From Massalongia carnosa (lineage: Eukaryota), in the NCBI GenBank assembly GCA_965645245.1, contig OZ287079.1:620001-684000 (forward strand): 64,000 bases of DNA. The letters run 5' to 3'. A model generated the notes under the pieces. It made no database searches. It was not told the DNA's origin and worked only from the letters and a program-made list of their open reading frames with translations. How positions within the stretch are numbered: position 1 is the first letter of the stretch; each line of letters opens with the position of its first letter. Shown one piece after another: positions 33,862-48,040 of the stretch. Position numbers and translations under genes: made by a program.

Positions 33862-36800
33862 TCATGGTCTCCCTCGAATTGACATTCGAGCGAAATATGT
33901 CGAAGATGCGCTTCGTGGGCTAGTAGGGGTCTGTAGAGGAGTAATTGAGGAAGCCATTCCCATGCGAACTTCCCCTATTCGTCGCAGCAAGCCTTGGAGT
34001 GCAAGTCGAATCTCGGTGCCTAACTCTCTATTCAACAACTCAACTGCAATCGGATAGAAGGTTTCAATATGCTTTTCGAAATCGTCTCGAGGGAAGTTAG
34101 TATAACCTTCTAGGACGTCAACAACAACGGGTCGCCAGGCATCGATGTTCCGCGGCTGTGTTTCATCTAATAGTACGAAAGCTCGAACAATATCCGCACA
34201 CAATCTAATACAAGTGTTAGCGTTAGTCATTGTAGGATGGGCTCAAGCGGCTAACGGTATGAGTGCAGCCTCAGTTTCAGCTCGACTTCTTCTACGTTCA
34301 TCTCCATCATCATGATACATTCGAACTAATATACTGACATAGGTAGCTGCGCTGCCACTTTCTTGCTTTAACAAATTTGGTGGCGATTTCATGAAACCTT
34401 CCTTCCACAGCCTCATCCGCAGCTCTTTGTTATCATTAAACTTCTTAGCGAATGAATAGCTAGCTTTCAAAAGCGCCATGAGGCGAAGGAGCTCCGAGCT
34501 TGGAATCTGAGCATAGACAGCGTCGTTAGAGAACAGTTCATTGACAGTTTCTATCATGAGGAGCTGCAAAACGCAACGGGTTATGATTTTGTTAAAGAAC
34601 CGGCGACGCGCGGTGGTTACCACGACTGGCTGTTGCTGCAGACCTGATTGAGGGCGGTAGTCTTCAAGTTCTGCATTTCCTGAAGCTACCTGATGCAAAG
34701 GTGGAGACGTGTTAACACGAGCTGAATTTCCTTGGTCATCATTCATGTTACCGATCACACTTGTGTTATCTATCTTAAGACTTTGAGGAGGCTGGGGCGT
34801 TTCCTCCGAGGAAGTACTGGTAAGAGGCAGGTTCTTTATATTTGTTACTTCACCCGCAGATGTTTTACGCGTCCCTCCATCTTCAGAGATGTTTGAAGAC
34901 TCGGAAGTCGATGTGGCGGCAGAAAACAGTTGATACGCTGTGGTGCGGTCAAACAACTCAACAAAGCTCCCAACGATCTTAGTCCAATGTTCAGGTGTGA
35001 ACTTGACAACATTCTGTAAAATCAGTTGTTGCAAACAATTGCTTCCAATCCGTGCAATGGTGTCGTTCTCCTGGCAGATGCACAGCGCCAATAGATCCAA
35101 GAACCTATCCAGCATATACTCTAGAGATTCGAAATAGTGGGTGAACAAAGTAATCATGTTTCGCAGCGCTTGGATCATTGTGGTGGAAAGCCATACAGAA
35201 AGATCTTCATGATTCAAGACTTTAGACATCTCTGACTTCGACTTTAAGACCATGAAGATCGGATATAGTAGCTGCCGCCAAAGTATGTCCCAAAAATCTG
35301 GCGGGAAGTCACCTCCATATCTGATTAAAGTATCAAATAAATAATTTAAAGCCCTAAGGTTTATTAGCTCGCTAATAGTGGCTTACTGCCCTTATATTTG
35401 ACTTACTGTGAACGAACCTCCAGATCCTCGCCAGTCATTAGGACATCATGGAAAGCAAACAAAACCGGAAACCAAAATTGCTCTTCTTGCGTTTGCCGGC
35501 TTATAGGCTGAGGAGGTATATCTTTCTCAGGCCCCACTCCATTCATGAGAGCTCCCGGCCGATATGAGAGCGGGCATTCAGGAGTTTTGAGCATTCGCGG
35601 AACAGTTGATTTTAGCATCTCGATGGCAGCCAGAGACTTCTTCTGAAACTTGAGGTTTTTCGAAAACTCAGTTAGGCAAACAACTAGATCTGCAAATGCA
35701 CCTTGCGATATGATCATTCCAAAACGAGTGTTATATACTTGGGTAACATGATCGAATGAAAGATTCACAATAGCCTCTAGTGATATCATTAGGCAACTGG
35801 GGGCTTAGAATTCACCCGGGGAGGAAACATACCATATGGTTCTCGAGCAGCCACAGTAAAAACTCCAAACATTGTCTTCCAACCGGATCTGATATTCTCT
35901 CCACGGGCCTGTATCATTTGAATCAAACATCGGAGGACCATGTCCTTAACTGTTACGGCTGAGCTATTTGCGATAACATGCTCGAAAGGTTTGAGAAAAT
36001 CCTTTTGAAATTTGAAGCCTGGCAGTTCTTCCAGCTCCATAAAGCGCATTGAGAGTTGCCTCAAAGAATCAAGTGCAAAAAAGACGACATTAGTGTTTTG
36101 ATGACAGCCTACTTCATTGAAATGCTCTCCTAGGATTTGCCAGATACTCGTCCACTCAAATCTTACACGAGTCATATTGTAGTAGCTGATTTCAACTAGC
36201 TTCTGGAGACTATAAGTCCTAGGCGATTCGCTCTGCCCCGAAGATTGAATTTCCTGCCAGCTGACCTCACTTAATGCTCGGACAAAGTGGACAATGGCGT
36301 TCCCCGATAAATCTGCCGTGCTAGTGAAGATTCGATCAACGCCTTTGATCATACCTGTAGATCGGCTCTCCTGAGCTATTTCGGGCTGGTAAGTTGAATT
36401 TGAGGAGCTTGGCACTGGCCGATGGCGAGCCGAAGGTTGTCCTATACGTCGAGAAGCGTTTGAGGGCGCGATGATACGCGCTTTCGATACATCAGGAACA
36501 ACGCCTTCGTCAACGCCGCCCGAGATTAGTTGGAAGCGATCAAGTTGGCTTATGCAGGTGAGAACATCTCGCCAAGAGCTTTTCAGTAAGTTGCCTTCCG
36601 TTTGGGCGACTTCAACAAGTACCTTCAAAGCCTCAAGGTTTTTTGCCATCATCTCGCGTAGATTACCAAGGTTAGTAAACTTGGCAAGCGCTGTAACGAA
36701 AGCCACCCGAGGAGTCTCCAAATCAAAAAAGCAGGCAACACGAATAGCAAGCTTGAGCCCTTCCATACATAACCGAATGATTTCTATATTTTGAGTGTCC

Positions 36801-39800
36801 TGCATCTGTCCTGAAAGTCCGGATAGAAATGACATCCACGTAACATCGAACATTGGGCCAACATGCTTGAACGAGGTAGCGGATATATATTTCGGAAGCA
36901 TCTGTTTCGAGGCCGTCTTACGCTGCGATTTGATCATGTTTCGTAGCCGCTGTTCAGCCTTACTTGACATCTCTTCAGATGCTTGAGCATAGGCTTCACG
37001 CTGCAAGTCTCGTGTGGCTGTAAGAAACACTTGTCCTGCCCTAGACGCAAGACCTCCTGGCGTCGTTTGAGGCAGTAGTCCCAGCGCTGCAGCATACTCA
37101 CGCTCTGTATTTAGCACAATCTCATTCTGTGCAATCTCATCGTATATGCCGCTTAAATATTCATCCGGGAGATCTTCATCGTCATTGATTCCTCGATTGT
37201 TCTTGATAAAATCTTCAGTCGTCATTCGTTTGCCCTTTAGCTTGGTACTATGCTGGTCTGTGTTCAGCATAATAACAGAATAGGCCAATACATACGCGGT
37301 ATCAGCGTTCGCAAAGGCGTTTGGGTTGCCGGTGATGTAACGTTCGGCAAACTTCAACATGAACCGATCGATTTTCTGCGCTTCCCCAGGGAGGCGAAAG
37401 CTCTGAAGGAACTGCCTCAATGCGTCGACAAATCTCCTTTTGGTAAAATCCATTGAGTTTACAAAGGCATGCATAATTGCAATGTTTTGCGGTTCTCCTT
37501 CACCAAGATACTCACCAATCATCGTCTTATCCAAGCGATCATTTTGCAAGATAAACGCCGCGATATCCTCAGGGGCATCGCTTTTGATGAAGCCCTCGCT
37601 GAGAAGAGTTTTGATTCCACGTTTGGGCTTGAAATTGAACTGTCGTATACCGTTGATTAGAGCAGTTTTTCGCTGCTTTGCTTTCTCAAGCTGTTGAGGG
37701 TCATCTTCAAGCACCGGTGTAGATGGAGCTAGAGGCGTGTCAACATCGGCAACTCTCGGAGATCCATTAATTTGTCCGGGATCAATGGATTCTCTCAATC
37801 CCTCTACAGAGGTTCTAGAATCCAGTACCCGAAGCCTGTTTGCGGTGATTGTTAAACTATCCTGCGACCAGTTGACCAAAGCTCTCAACGTACGAACCAA
37901 GCAATCAAGCGACTGTTGCTTGAGCTGGAAATCCACATTTAAGTCCCATTCATGATTCCAAGGAACATTAAGACTAGCGGTAGTCAAAGACGGCGGAAGT
38001 TTACCGTGATCATGCCAGTCGAGGTCTGCATCGATTTCTCTGGTATGTTGCTCTTGATACTGGTGTTGTTGCTGCGCAGACACGAGGGTAGGCGTACTGG
38101 AAACCTTTGAAAGATGCTCAATGGTCCTTTGAAACATGTTGTCCAAAGCTGTTGATTCGCAGTCATAATTGAGATAGATCTCAACCAATGCCTTAGGATC
38201 ATTTGCCAGCCTCTTCAAAATCTTCATAATATAAAGCTTCTGGAAGCTGGGGGCATTTTTTCGTTCAAGAATCGCCAGGTATATTTCCTTCATGAAAACC
38301 TCAAGCTCCCTCTAAAATTGAAACAAATCGATGAGCATAGTATTCAAGTAAGACCAAGGATCAAGTTAATACCTTCAGCATGATCCTCATATCTTTAAGC
38401 ATGAGCCAGAAAATCTCGCAGCAGGACTCAAAAACTGGTCTTACAGAGCTTGCTCCATTCTTACTTAAGCTCAGCCTAAGATACTGATTAATAGCTTGGC
38501 CGAAGCTGGTAGGTTCGTTGTTAGTACTGCTTCGAATAGTAACAAGAGGTGAAATGAAAACATTCATATTATTGTTGAGAAGAGTGCGAATAATTGCTAA
38601 GGAAACAAGCTTAGAGCGCATATTAGAGGATTTAATATCTTGCTGTTGATCTGGTTGCAATTGCTTAATGCTCAGCCGGCACATGGATCTAAAGACCAAA
38701 TAGGCATCCTTAACGAATATCTCGTCCTCTTCATCCTCCTCAGAAGCATCACGGCCCACATTATCAGCGATCCCATTCTGAAAATTAACCGGCTGCCCTG
38801 CGAGCGTTCTCATTGCTTTTGAGGCTAACTTTGCTTGTGTGACCATAGTAGGAGCATTGTCGCCAATCCGCGCATCATCAAAAATCTTTGCAGTCTCAAA
38901 GCTTTGGAGCGTCAATTTTTCGCCTACTTCCTTTCGAGCGGGTCGGTCAGAAATGAAAGCCGAGCTTGTCTCAGAGAGCCTGTCATTTTCTGTACCATTA
39001 TCTGCTTCGTTCGGTTCTCCTACGATACTGCTTCCAGCAATCTCCACTTGACTACCGCTTGCAGTACCCTTCTCAGAAACTAATCTGGACATGCTGACGC
39101 GAGCTTCTTTCATTAAAAGACGCGTTGTGACCCGCTCGAACACGGTCCCCACCATCTGTGTTAGCGTCCCTTGCGCCACTTGTTGGTTAGCCGTCGACTT
39201 TGATAAAAGGAATATGTTATAAACCTGGCGAACTGCTTTCAATAGCCCTGAGCCATGAACGATAAACTTATCATTAAGGACAGCTGCTAGCAGTGACTTA
39301 ACGATCTGTAGCTGTACCTCTGCTGGTGTGGCTTCATCTTGAAAGCAATCACAAATAGTCTCGATGGCGCGATCAATCAGCGGTGGAGCCTGTTCTTGGT
39401 TCGTGAGAGTCGAGGGATCCGTGTTGGCATCGGCCACAGAGAAGTAGGAGTAACTGATCAGCTTGCCTATACAATCAAGCGCAGCCGTGATTAATGGTAC
39501 ATTTGCGGTTTCTGTAGCCAGGCGCAGAGGTTCAAAGATAGTTTCAGGATTAGGAGAACTGTCTCGTTGTTTGATGGCAGCTAGGGCCTTTTGCGCCGCT
39601 TCCGCCAATGGCTGCCTCTTTCGCGCTTCTTTGGATGCCACGACCTGCTCCAATGCGGAGACGACAAAAATTATGGAGCTCAACGGAACAGGATTACTGG
39701 TCCCTGATGCGTCGATTGGGTCGTCCGTCCCTGTGCGGTTTCTGCTATGAGAACGAGTGCGATCTAGCCCATTTATTGCCGGGTGAAGCATTGCTTTCTT

Positions 39801-40157
39801 TGGGGTAGGAGGTGAAATCTGGCCTGGCGGGTCTTTCTCCGGCGGGACAGGAGGCTGCTGCGGCAAAGATAGTGTCAACAGCAATTTATAATGGTTGGGT
39901 GGAAAGAATACCGTGTTCATGTGTCCACCATACGCTAATCCAGCAGCATCATCGGTTTGCTCAAGAGTTGGATCATTCTCGGCCTCATCTTGAGCATCTG
40001 TCATTTTAATCTCCATCCAATCTTGCCCACTTCTCACTTTTTCCTTCTCCGTCGCTGGCGGGCCAAACCCCTGCTGTGGCTCCTTGAAACTATTCACAGT
40101 TGTTCCAAGAACCTTATTTCTTCCCATTATGGCTCCGGTCTCCCCATTGTCAGCCAT
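33862..40157 (-). CDS. SEC7: Large ARF guanine-nucleotide exchange factor (Sec7/BIG)
   Basis: YLNYDC HUS box, FRLPGEAQKIDR and IMLNTDQH Sec7 motifs, NIRSGWK; multi-exon. Confidence 0.96.
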
Positions 40158-40431
40158 GAAGATAAACCCCCTTGGCCCAGAAAAAGCCAGATTCGATCAG
40201 AACCCAGTAGTCACGAGCCCGCTAGCCAGAATATTCCGAGTTAGGCGGCAACCAGGGGTACTGCATGATAGCTACTTGACATAGAATCAGTTTTAATGGA
40301 AACAACACACATCACAAAGGACAGGTGTACTACGAGTTGACCTCGCCGTGGGCAGTTGTATTTGTTGGACGATTATGAATTATGTGTTGCATAAACCAGC
40401 AGGCCTGAACAGCTCTTAGTCATCATATCTC

Positions 40432-40530
40432 CCCGTTCCGAAGTTTCCTCAGTCAGACGTGCCCGGCTAAGCCCCTTCGGGTTAGCCTTATAGAACGTTA
40501 AGCCCCTTCGGGCTAACAGGCTGACTACGC
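40432..40530. repeat. Left arm of an imperfect inverted repeat (partner about 46005-46130) with two palindromic GCTAAGCCCCTTCGGGTTAGC-type units
   Basis: Reverse complement matches 46005-46130 in motif order and much of the sequence. Confidence 0.7.
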
Positions 40531-41382
40531 AGCACATGTGTATTGTATTGGCGGAGTGCGTGGAATCGCGACTTCAATTCAGCTTGGAGTTGCTGCAGTT
40601 TCAAAGTGTCTTTGCCCATGATGAGAAGATCATCCACATAGAAAATAAACATGTCTTCGGAAACAAACACTCCATGATCCGATTCGGTGTGTTTGAACCC
40701 TATCTTCTGGAGAAAATTCAATAGGGTTTGATACTAAACACGAGGAGATTGCTTTAGCCCATATAGAGCCTTTCGCAACAAACAGACCTTCTGCTCTCCC
40801 CCTGCTACTTCGAACAGGATTGATTGGATGATATATATCTCTTCATCGAGATATCCGTATAGGAAGGCAGCCACAACATCCATGTGTCGAATGAAGAGAC
40901 CCCTTTTAGCACTGATTCCTATCAGTGTCTTATAAGAGATAGGTTTTACCACGATGACAAAGGTGTCTAGGTAATCTAGGCCTTCTTTTTGCTTATATCC
41001 ATGAACTACCCATCTTGCTTTATACTTCAATATGTCTCCATCTCTATCCTTTTTCAGCTTGAAAACCCACCGTCCTGTGATAGTTTTCTTATCCGTTGGA
41101 GCATCAGTTAAAGTCCAAGTTTCGTTATCCATCAGGGATTGGTACTCAGCTTCCATAGCTTTTCTCCATTCATCCCAGTGGGGGAAGGCCATAGCCTCTC
41201 TCAATTTTGCAGGTTCATCCTGCCCAGCAGTCTCAGATCCTCTGGCTAGTAGAGCTAGGACTCTTACCATATGCTCGTGGGATTTAGGGGTCTGTGTGCT
41301 GGTAAATGTGGTAACTTTGTTTACCAAATGGCCGTCGTTGGCCACTTTTGGCAGCGATTTCTTCGATATATCGTACCGAATA

Positions 41383-43571
41383 CGGGATTTCCCGGTGAAA
41401 CGCCGAACCCGGTGACAACGCCGAATTTTAGAAAATTACTCCGCACCACCTTACCCTCTTCAACCATGAATAACACTACCACCACCGCGCCAATTGACCA
41501 AGCAATTGCTAATTTAGAATCGCAAGAGCGACCAAATATACTTGCAACTGCTAAGAAATTTGGCCTAGTCGAAAGTACTCTTCGGCGGCGATGGAAAGGC
41601 CAATCGGTCTCCCGACGGGAGGCTTCATCCACACATAAGCAACGCCTCACAACGGTCCAAGAAGAGGCTCTAATCTCACAAATCAATCGATTAACCGACA
41701 GAGGAATACCTCCTACCCCTACAATTATGCGCAATTTGGCAGAAGAAATGATCCAGTCGTCAGTAGGTAGGAACTGGGCGGGAGAATTCACTAAGCGAAA
41801 TCAAGATAGACTTAAAAGTCTATATTTACGCAACATGGACAGTCTACGCATAAAGTCTGAGTATGCACCTACATTCAAACAATTCTATGATCAGGTCCGT
41901 AGTTTTGAAAATATAACTGCCCCTAATTGCGTCGCATTTGTGCCTAATAGTCAACATTTCTTCTAGTTGATCGCGGGCATCGAAAAATATAACATCACAG
42001 CAGATAACGTCTATAATTGGGACGAAAAGGGCTTTTTAATTGGCATGGCCTCTGCCGTAAAGCAAATAATGACTCTTGAAGCTCTAGAATCGGGGCGCAT
42101 AACCCATGCGAGTCAAGATGGAAGTCGTGAATTCATCAGTCTACTGGCTTGCATATGCGCAAACGGTACCGCTTTACCACCCGCGCTGATCTATAGAGGC
42201 GATTCAAAGACACTTCAGGATACATGGTTAGAAGATTGGAGTGTAGATCAGCAAGCTTTCTTCGCGGTCTCCTCCAATGGATGAAGTTGTGACCTGCTTG
42301 GTCTGAACTGGCTTGAGCGTGTTTTTGAACGATGTACGAAGCAAATGGGGCATAGAAGGCGGTTGCTGGTGGTGGATGGTCATTCTAGCCACGTCAATAT
42401 GAAATTCATCAATAAATGCGATGAACTACGAATTCTATTGATGATTCTACCATCGCATACTACGCACCGGTTGCAACCCCTAGATGTTTCATTGTTTGCC
42501 CCCCTGGCCCGGTATTATACGAATGGCCTCAATGATATGATGTTTAACTCATTGGGCACAGTGAACATATCAAAAAGAGTCTTCTGGGGTGTTTTTTGGC
42601 CTGCCTGGCAGAAGGCCTTCAATGAAAAGAACATAAACTCTGGGTTTGAGAAGACAGGCATATGGCCGTACAATCCAAACATCCTACTAGATAAAATCAC
42701 CAAATCGCCTTCACCAGAGGAGATACCTAACGTCACACAAGCACCCAAGACACCTATGACGGGACGGGCGGTTCGTCGCATACAAAAAGCCTACGTAAAA
42801 GAGCCAAATAGAGTTTTGTTGTCCAAGATATTTGCTGCAAATGAGCGTCTCGCAGCTAATCGTTCTATTGATCAACACGTAATTAGGGGCCTATGCGAGG
42901 CACTTAAAGAGGAAAAGAAACGACGAAAACGTGGTAAACGCCTGAATTTGCTAGGTGAAGAAGATTCTGGGCCTCAATTTTTCAGTCCGGGTAGGGTGGC
43001 AGCGGCCAGAGCCTATCAGGCTTCAAAAGATGACGAAAAGACACGACGGCAACAGGATCTCGCTGAAAAACGGGCACAATTAGTTTTTAACAAGTCGCTG
43101 AAGGAAAAAGAAAAGCAAGAACGGGCCCTAGTTGCTATAGAAAAAAAACGATTGATCGAGGAGGCGAGGCAGTCTAAAGCGGTCGAAAAGCAGGCCCAAA
43201 ACGAATTGAAAACCGCAAGTACTAAGCCTTCTGAATTATCGATGAGGTTGAAATCGACATCTACAGGGCCAAAGCAGGTGCCAAAGTGTCGAAAGCAGTC
43301 CCAGGAGCAAAGTGATGATGTCGAGGTGGTTGGTGGAGTGGAAATGATAATTTTTCGTACATCTAGGGGGAGAGAGGTGCGAAAGCCAAATCATTTTGGC
43401 GAATAGAATTTTTCTTCTATACATCAAATTGGACACCTTCTATGTACAATTTACCAAAGCTTCAGTGTATCAATCGTGGTGGTTGTCGCATGGTAGCAAA
43501 AAATAGCAAAGTGCCGAAATTTAGAAATTTCGGCGTTCTCACCGGGTTCGGCGTTTCACCGGGAAATCCCG
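41383..43571 (+). mobile_element. pogo/Fot1-type DNA transposon inserted in the copia fragment
   Basis: About 47 bp TIRs CGGGATTTCCCGGTGAAACGCCGAACCCGGTGA... with internal direct repeats; TA TSD; copia frame (ADT|IRYDIS) restored on removal. Confidence 0.95.
41466..43406 (+). pseudogene. Fot1-like DD35D transposase, one intron, single nonsense codon at 42282
   Basis: HTH-psq and CENP-B HTH; YNWDEKG, VDGHSSH, QPLDV; SNG*S in place of SNGWS; intron about 41895-41967. Confidence 0.9.
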
Positions 43572-46361
43572 TAGTGTCTGCTGCAGGTTTGAAAGGATTT
43601 CGTAACCTTCCGGGTCTCCTTGGTGCGAGAATTGAAGGCTGATCTGGGTCAGATTCTTCAGATTCCTGGTCCCGATGATTGGTATCATCTTTGACTACCT
43701 CTGGAGCTGTTTCTCCCATTGAATAAGACTCATTTCGAGATGTCGTTAGCGATAATCGTTGTTGACTGTTCAATGAACTATGAGAATTTGATGCCGGATA
43801 TAGCGGAGTGCTATTTTTATGTTTCAGATCTTCAAAGTCATTTGGATCTTGAAAACAAGCATCATCATCTTCATCCCATGCTACATCAGCTAGATCCCAG
43901 TCCTTCATCTCTTTGGAATCATAAGTGTTCAGCTCATCTACTTGTATATCACGAGAGATGTGAACTTTTCCGATGCGAGGATCATAGATTCGAAACTGAT
44001 TCGTTCTATCGTATCCAACAAAGATCCCTTGCCAAGATCTATCATCCAATTTGATCCTTTTTCCTTGAGAATATGCACCCACGTCCTCGAACCTATGATC
44101 CTTAAGTGGCTTAAGGTAGGCTTCTCCTTATTGAGGCGCTCATATGATGTGATTTCATCGACGCCGGGACATCGATTCTTGATGTAGGCAGAGGTTTTGA
44201 TTACCTCGCCCCAGAGTGATTTTGGGAGCTTTTTGGCTTTGAGCCAGCTCCTCGTTAATGCCATCAGGGTGGAATTTTGCCGTTCGGCTCTCCCATTTTG
44301 TTCAGGCACATATAGAGCTCTGGCCTCCCATTGAATTTCTTCTTCTTTAAAAAAGGTTAGTAGCTCTGTGTTTACATATTCTCCCCCTCCATCTCCTCTG
44401 ACATGTTTGATCTTCTGGCCAGATTACTTCTCTATCCAGGCCTTGAACTGTTTGAACTTGTCAAGTGTTTGGCCTTTGGTCTTCAATAGAAATACCCATA
44501 CGACGCCCGTTGCGTCATCCTTTAGGGTCATGAAATATCTCTCACCGTACCTGATTAGTGTGTAAGGGCCTCCAAGATCTGTATGAATGATTCCCAGGAA
44601 CTCTGAAGCTCGAGATCTTGGGCTCCTGTTTATCAGCCTTTGTTGCCTTCCAACCATGCAATCTTCGCAGATTTCTTCCGAAACGGGATCGATGATTGAG
44701 GCTCCTGTGGCCAGGTGATTGAGCTTCAAAAGGTTGTGATAACCAAGATGCCTCATACAGGCATGTCAGGTATGAATGAAGATATTCTTGATTGTTGCGA
44801 GAGCGCGAGAGTTGAATGTGGTTTGGATAAAATACTGATTATCGATCAGTTTGGCGTGATCAATTACCTTCTCTTCGTAATAGATTTTGGAGAGTTCTCC
44901 CGCCTTTCGAAGGAAGATTTCCACTCTCTTTTGTGCTAACCTAGCAGTGCTGATGAGATTGAAGTTCAGGTCAGAAGTGTACAGAACGTCTGTTAAAACA
45001 AACTCTCGAATACCTTCTGTTTCGTTCTTTAAGAATAAAGACAGAGATCCTCTTTCTTCTGTTTTCAGCACCTCTCCGGAGCCTGTTTCCAGTTTATTTG
45101 ACATAATGCGATAGGATCCGGGTTCGAAAAGGTCTTTGTTGCCAAGAGCATGGTCAGTAGCACCAGAATCTATCAATAAATCTACTGATTTGGAAATGAG
45201 GATGAAGCGGTTGATGATGCAGAGAAATTTCCTTATCTGAAAAGTCTTGTTGATATTGGTTTCGGGATGCTTGATATTAGAGCCATCCTCTTCAGCGGTA
45301 TCAGAAAAGACAAAGAAGTCTATTGAAGAAGGAGAATGAATGGTGAGTACGCAGAAGATTTTCTTCCTTTCGACATCCGAGTCATCGTCTTTCTCCTTTC
45401 CCCTTTTGCTATTGCAAGCTCTTTCAATATGCCCTATTTTTCCACATCCGGTGCACTTCGTTTTGATGAATTTGCACGTATCGGAATGTTTGTTTCCACA
45501 CCGATGACACTTATCTTTATTATCTAATTTTATTTCGATGATCTTACCTTTTCCTTTCTTTTTTACGAAGTTGGCAGTGGCTCCGGTGGTAGTCTTCATC
45601 CGAGATTCTTCATCTGCCAGGTTTTTAAGAAGGCTGCTTTTGTCAGGGAGCTTCTTGTCCCGACGAGCATGTTCGTTGATGATGGTGAGATAGGTGAAGA
45701 AGCTGGATCCGAGTCCGTTCAACATTTTGAGAACGATCATCTGTTTGATGGTGAGGGCATTATCTATCATCTCGGCCTCGATCTCCTCTATCAGGGCATC
45801 ATATTCTTCGATGGACTTGCACTTCTCATAGTTAATCTCATCTGGCCTGTTGAAAGTAGCCCACTTCGAACTCCAATTCTGTAGAATTTAAGGTGCCGCC
45901 AGATGTTTCCAGAGCTTTTGGGAGACTATGATGGTTATATTTCCCAAAATAGAGAGGAATTCAGACTGCACATCCATGGAGCACATTCTCCTTATCGCCA
46001 GCCACGTTAGTCAGCTGGGACGCTAATCCGAAGGAGCTTAGCGAAATAGGCTAACCCGGAGGGGCTTAGACGGCTCCTACACAGTAAGTTAGAGCCCACG
46101 CACGTCTGATACTGAGGCAATTCCGAAGCCGTAGAAGCGGCCCGATTTGCTCCCTAGTGGCCCCAATCTGAGTTGTTAAATTTATCGGCTTTTACTCTAT
46201 ACAGTGCTCTGTAGATACCACAATCAACTGAATATCTCAAAATAAAGCTATCAAACCCTAATCGCTACTTATCCAGCCATTCCCCCTGGACTTTCCCTGT
46301 TCTTCATGTAATTGCAACTTTCTCTTCAGGTCCCCTAGATTTCTTCAGTCTGTCGCCGGTC

Positions 46362-48040
46362 ATGTCTGCTTTTGCGACCTTGTGTCGCACTCAAATCCGG
46401 CCGTGTGCTCGAGGTCGAGATGTATTCGTATCATCATCGATCTGTAGTAAACTCCATAGTACCCCCCGGTGAGTTGAACCCCATTCAATTGAACTCATCT
46501 GTAAGTATTTACCGGATTCAAGATTTAACGACCTTCGTGTTCTCTAGATATTCGTCAGCTCTCTTTGCCCTCACAAGGTCCTATGCCTCAAAATGTAGTT
46601 CACCTCATACTTCAAGAATAGGCTATAAATTAACGGGGACTTTGCAGCATTCCCACCACACACAATCGTTAGCATGCCGGCCTTATCGCCAACAATGACG
46701 GCGGGGAATATTGGTACATGGCAGAAAAAGGTTGGGGATAGCATAGCACCCGGGGATGTGCTAGTAGAAATTGAGACCGACAAGGCGCAAATGGATTTCG
46801 AGTTTCAAGAAGATGGTGTCCTTGCCAAGATTCTGAAGGACTCTGGCGAGAAAGATGTGACAGTAGGAAATGTAAGTCTCACACAACCATCAGGAATAAT
46901 ATAATATTGATTGGCTTCAAGCCAATTGCTGTCATGGTCGAGGAAGGGGCAGACATCGCGCCTTTTGAATCTTTCTCTTTAGAGGATGCTGGTGGGGAAA
47001 AGGAACCACCAAAGCAAGCTCCCAAGGAAGAAGCTTCCGAGTCCTCTGAGCCTCCAGAGTTTGGATCCAAAACCTCGCCATCTACACTTGATAGTTCTGA
47101 ATCTAAGTTCGAAGAAGCACCTAGACCCGAAGAATCCAAAACTTCTAGAGGCAGGTTGGAAACAAGCCTGGAGCGACAACCTATCGCAAGCCCTCTTGCC
47201 AAAACTCTTGCTCTCGAGCGCGGCATCCCTCTTAAAGAAGTCAAGGGCACTGGGCCAAATGGTCGAGTCACAAAGCAGGATATCGAGAAGTACAAACCAT
47301 CGACATCTGGACAGTCGGCTTCCTCCACGAGACCAGCGTACGAGGATATACCTGCCAGCTCTATGCGCAAAACTATTGCCAACCGGCTCGTACAGTCAAT
47401 GAATGAGAATCCACATTACTTTGTTTCAGCGACGCTGTCTGTCACAAAGCTTCTAAAACTCCGACAAGCGCTCAACACGTCGGCCGATGGGAGATATAGG
47501 CTTTCGGTTAACGACTTCCTTATTAAAGCTGCTGCGGTAGCATGTAAGAAGGTCCCGGCGGTGAATTCAAGTTGGCGGGAGCAAGACGGTCAAGTCGTCA
47601 TTCGCCAGTACAACACAGTCGACATCAGTGTCGCAGTGGCTACACCAATAGGTCTGATGACACCAATAGTTAAAGGTGTCGAGGGACTTGGACTAGAAAG
47701 AATCTCTGCGCAAGTCAAGGACCTTGGGAAACGAGCTCGGGATGGGAAGTTGAAACCTGAAGAGTATCAAGGAGGAACATTCACCATCAGCAATATGGGC
47801 ATGAACGCAGCCATTGAACGATTCACCGCTGTGATAAACCCACCACAAGCGGGCATACTGGCCGTAGGTACAACTAGAAAGGTAGCGATTCCTTCGACGG
47901 ATGGAACTTCGGTGGGGTGGGACGACCAGATAGTGGTTACCGGGAGTTTCGACCACAAAGTGGTCGATGGTGCCGTCGGTGGAGATTGGATAAGAGAACT
48001 TAAGAAAGTGGTGGAAAACCCTCTTGAGCTGTTACTGTAA
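46362..48040 (+). CDS. LAT1: Pyruvate dehydrogenase E2, dihydrolipoamide acetyltransferase
   Basis: [17 protein letters not shown] lipoyl motif, [21 protein letters not shown]. Confidence 0.96.

Larger units (their letters stand above)
40561..45950 (-). mobile_element. Degenerate internal fragment of a second copia family (mid-gag to mid-RT), no LTRs seen
   Basis: gag CTGCGKIGHIERAC, protease LLIDSGAT, integrase IHTDLGG / PEQNGRAER, RT YKARWV, LYGLKQS, YVDD; stops and frameshifts; ends approximate. Confidence 0.9.

Noticed and set aside
41271..41465. N-terminal extension of the pogo transposase ORF
   Set aside because: Runs through the TIR and flanking copia sequence; the likely start is ATG 41466.
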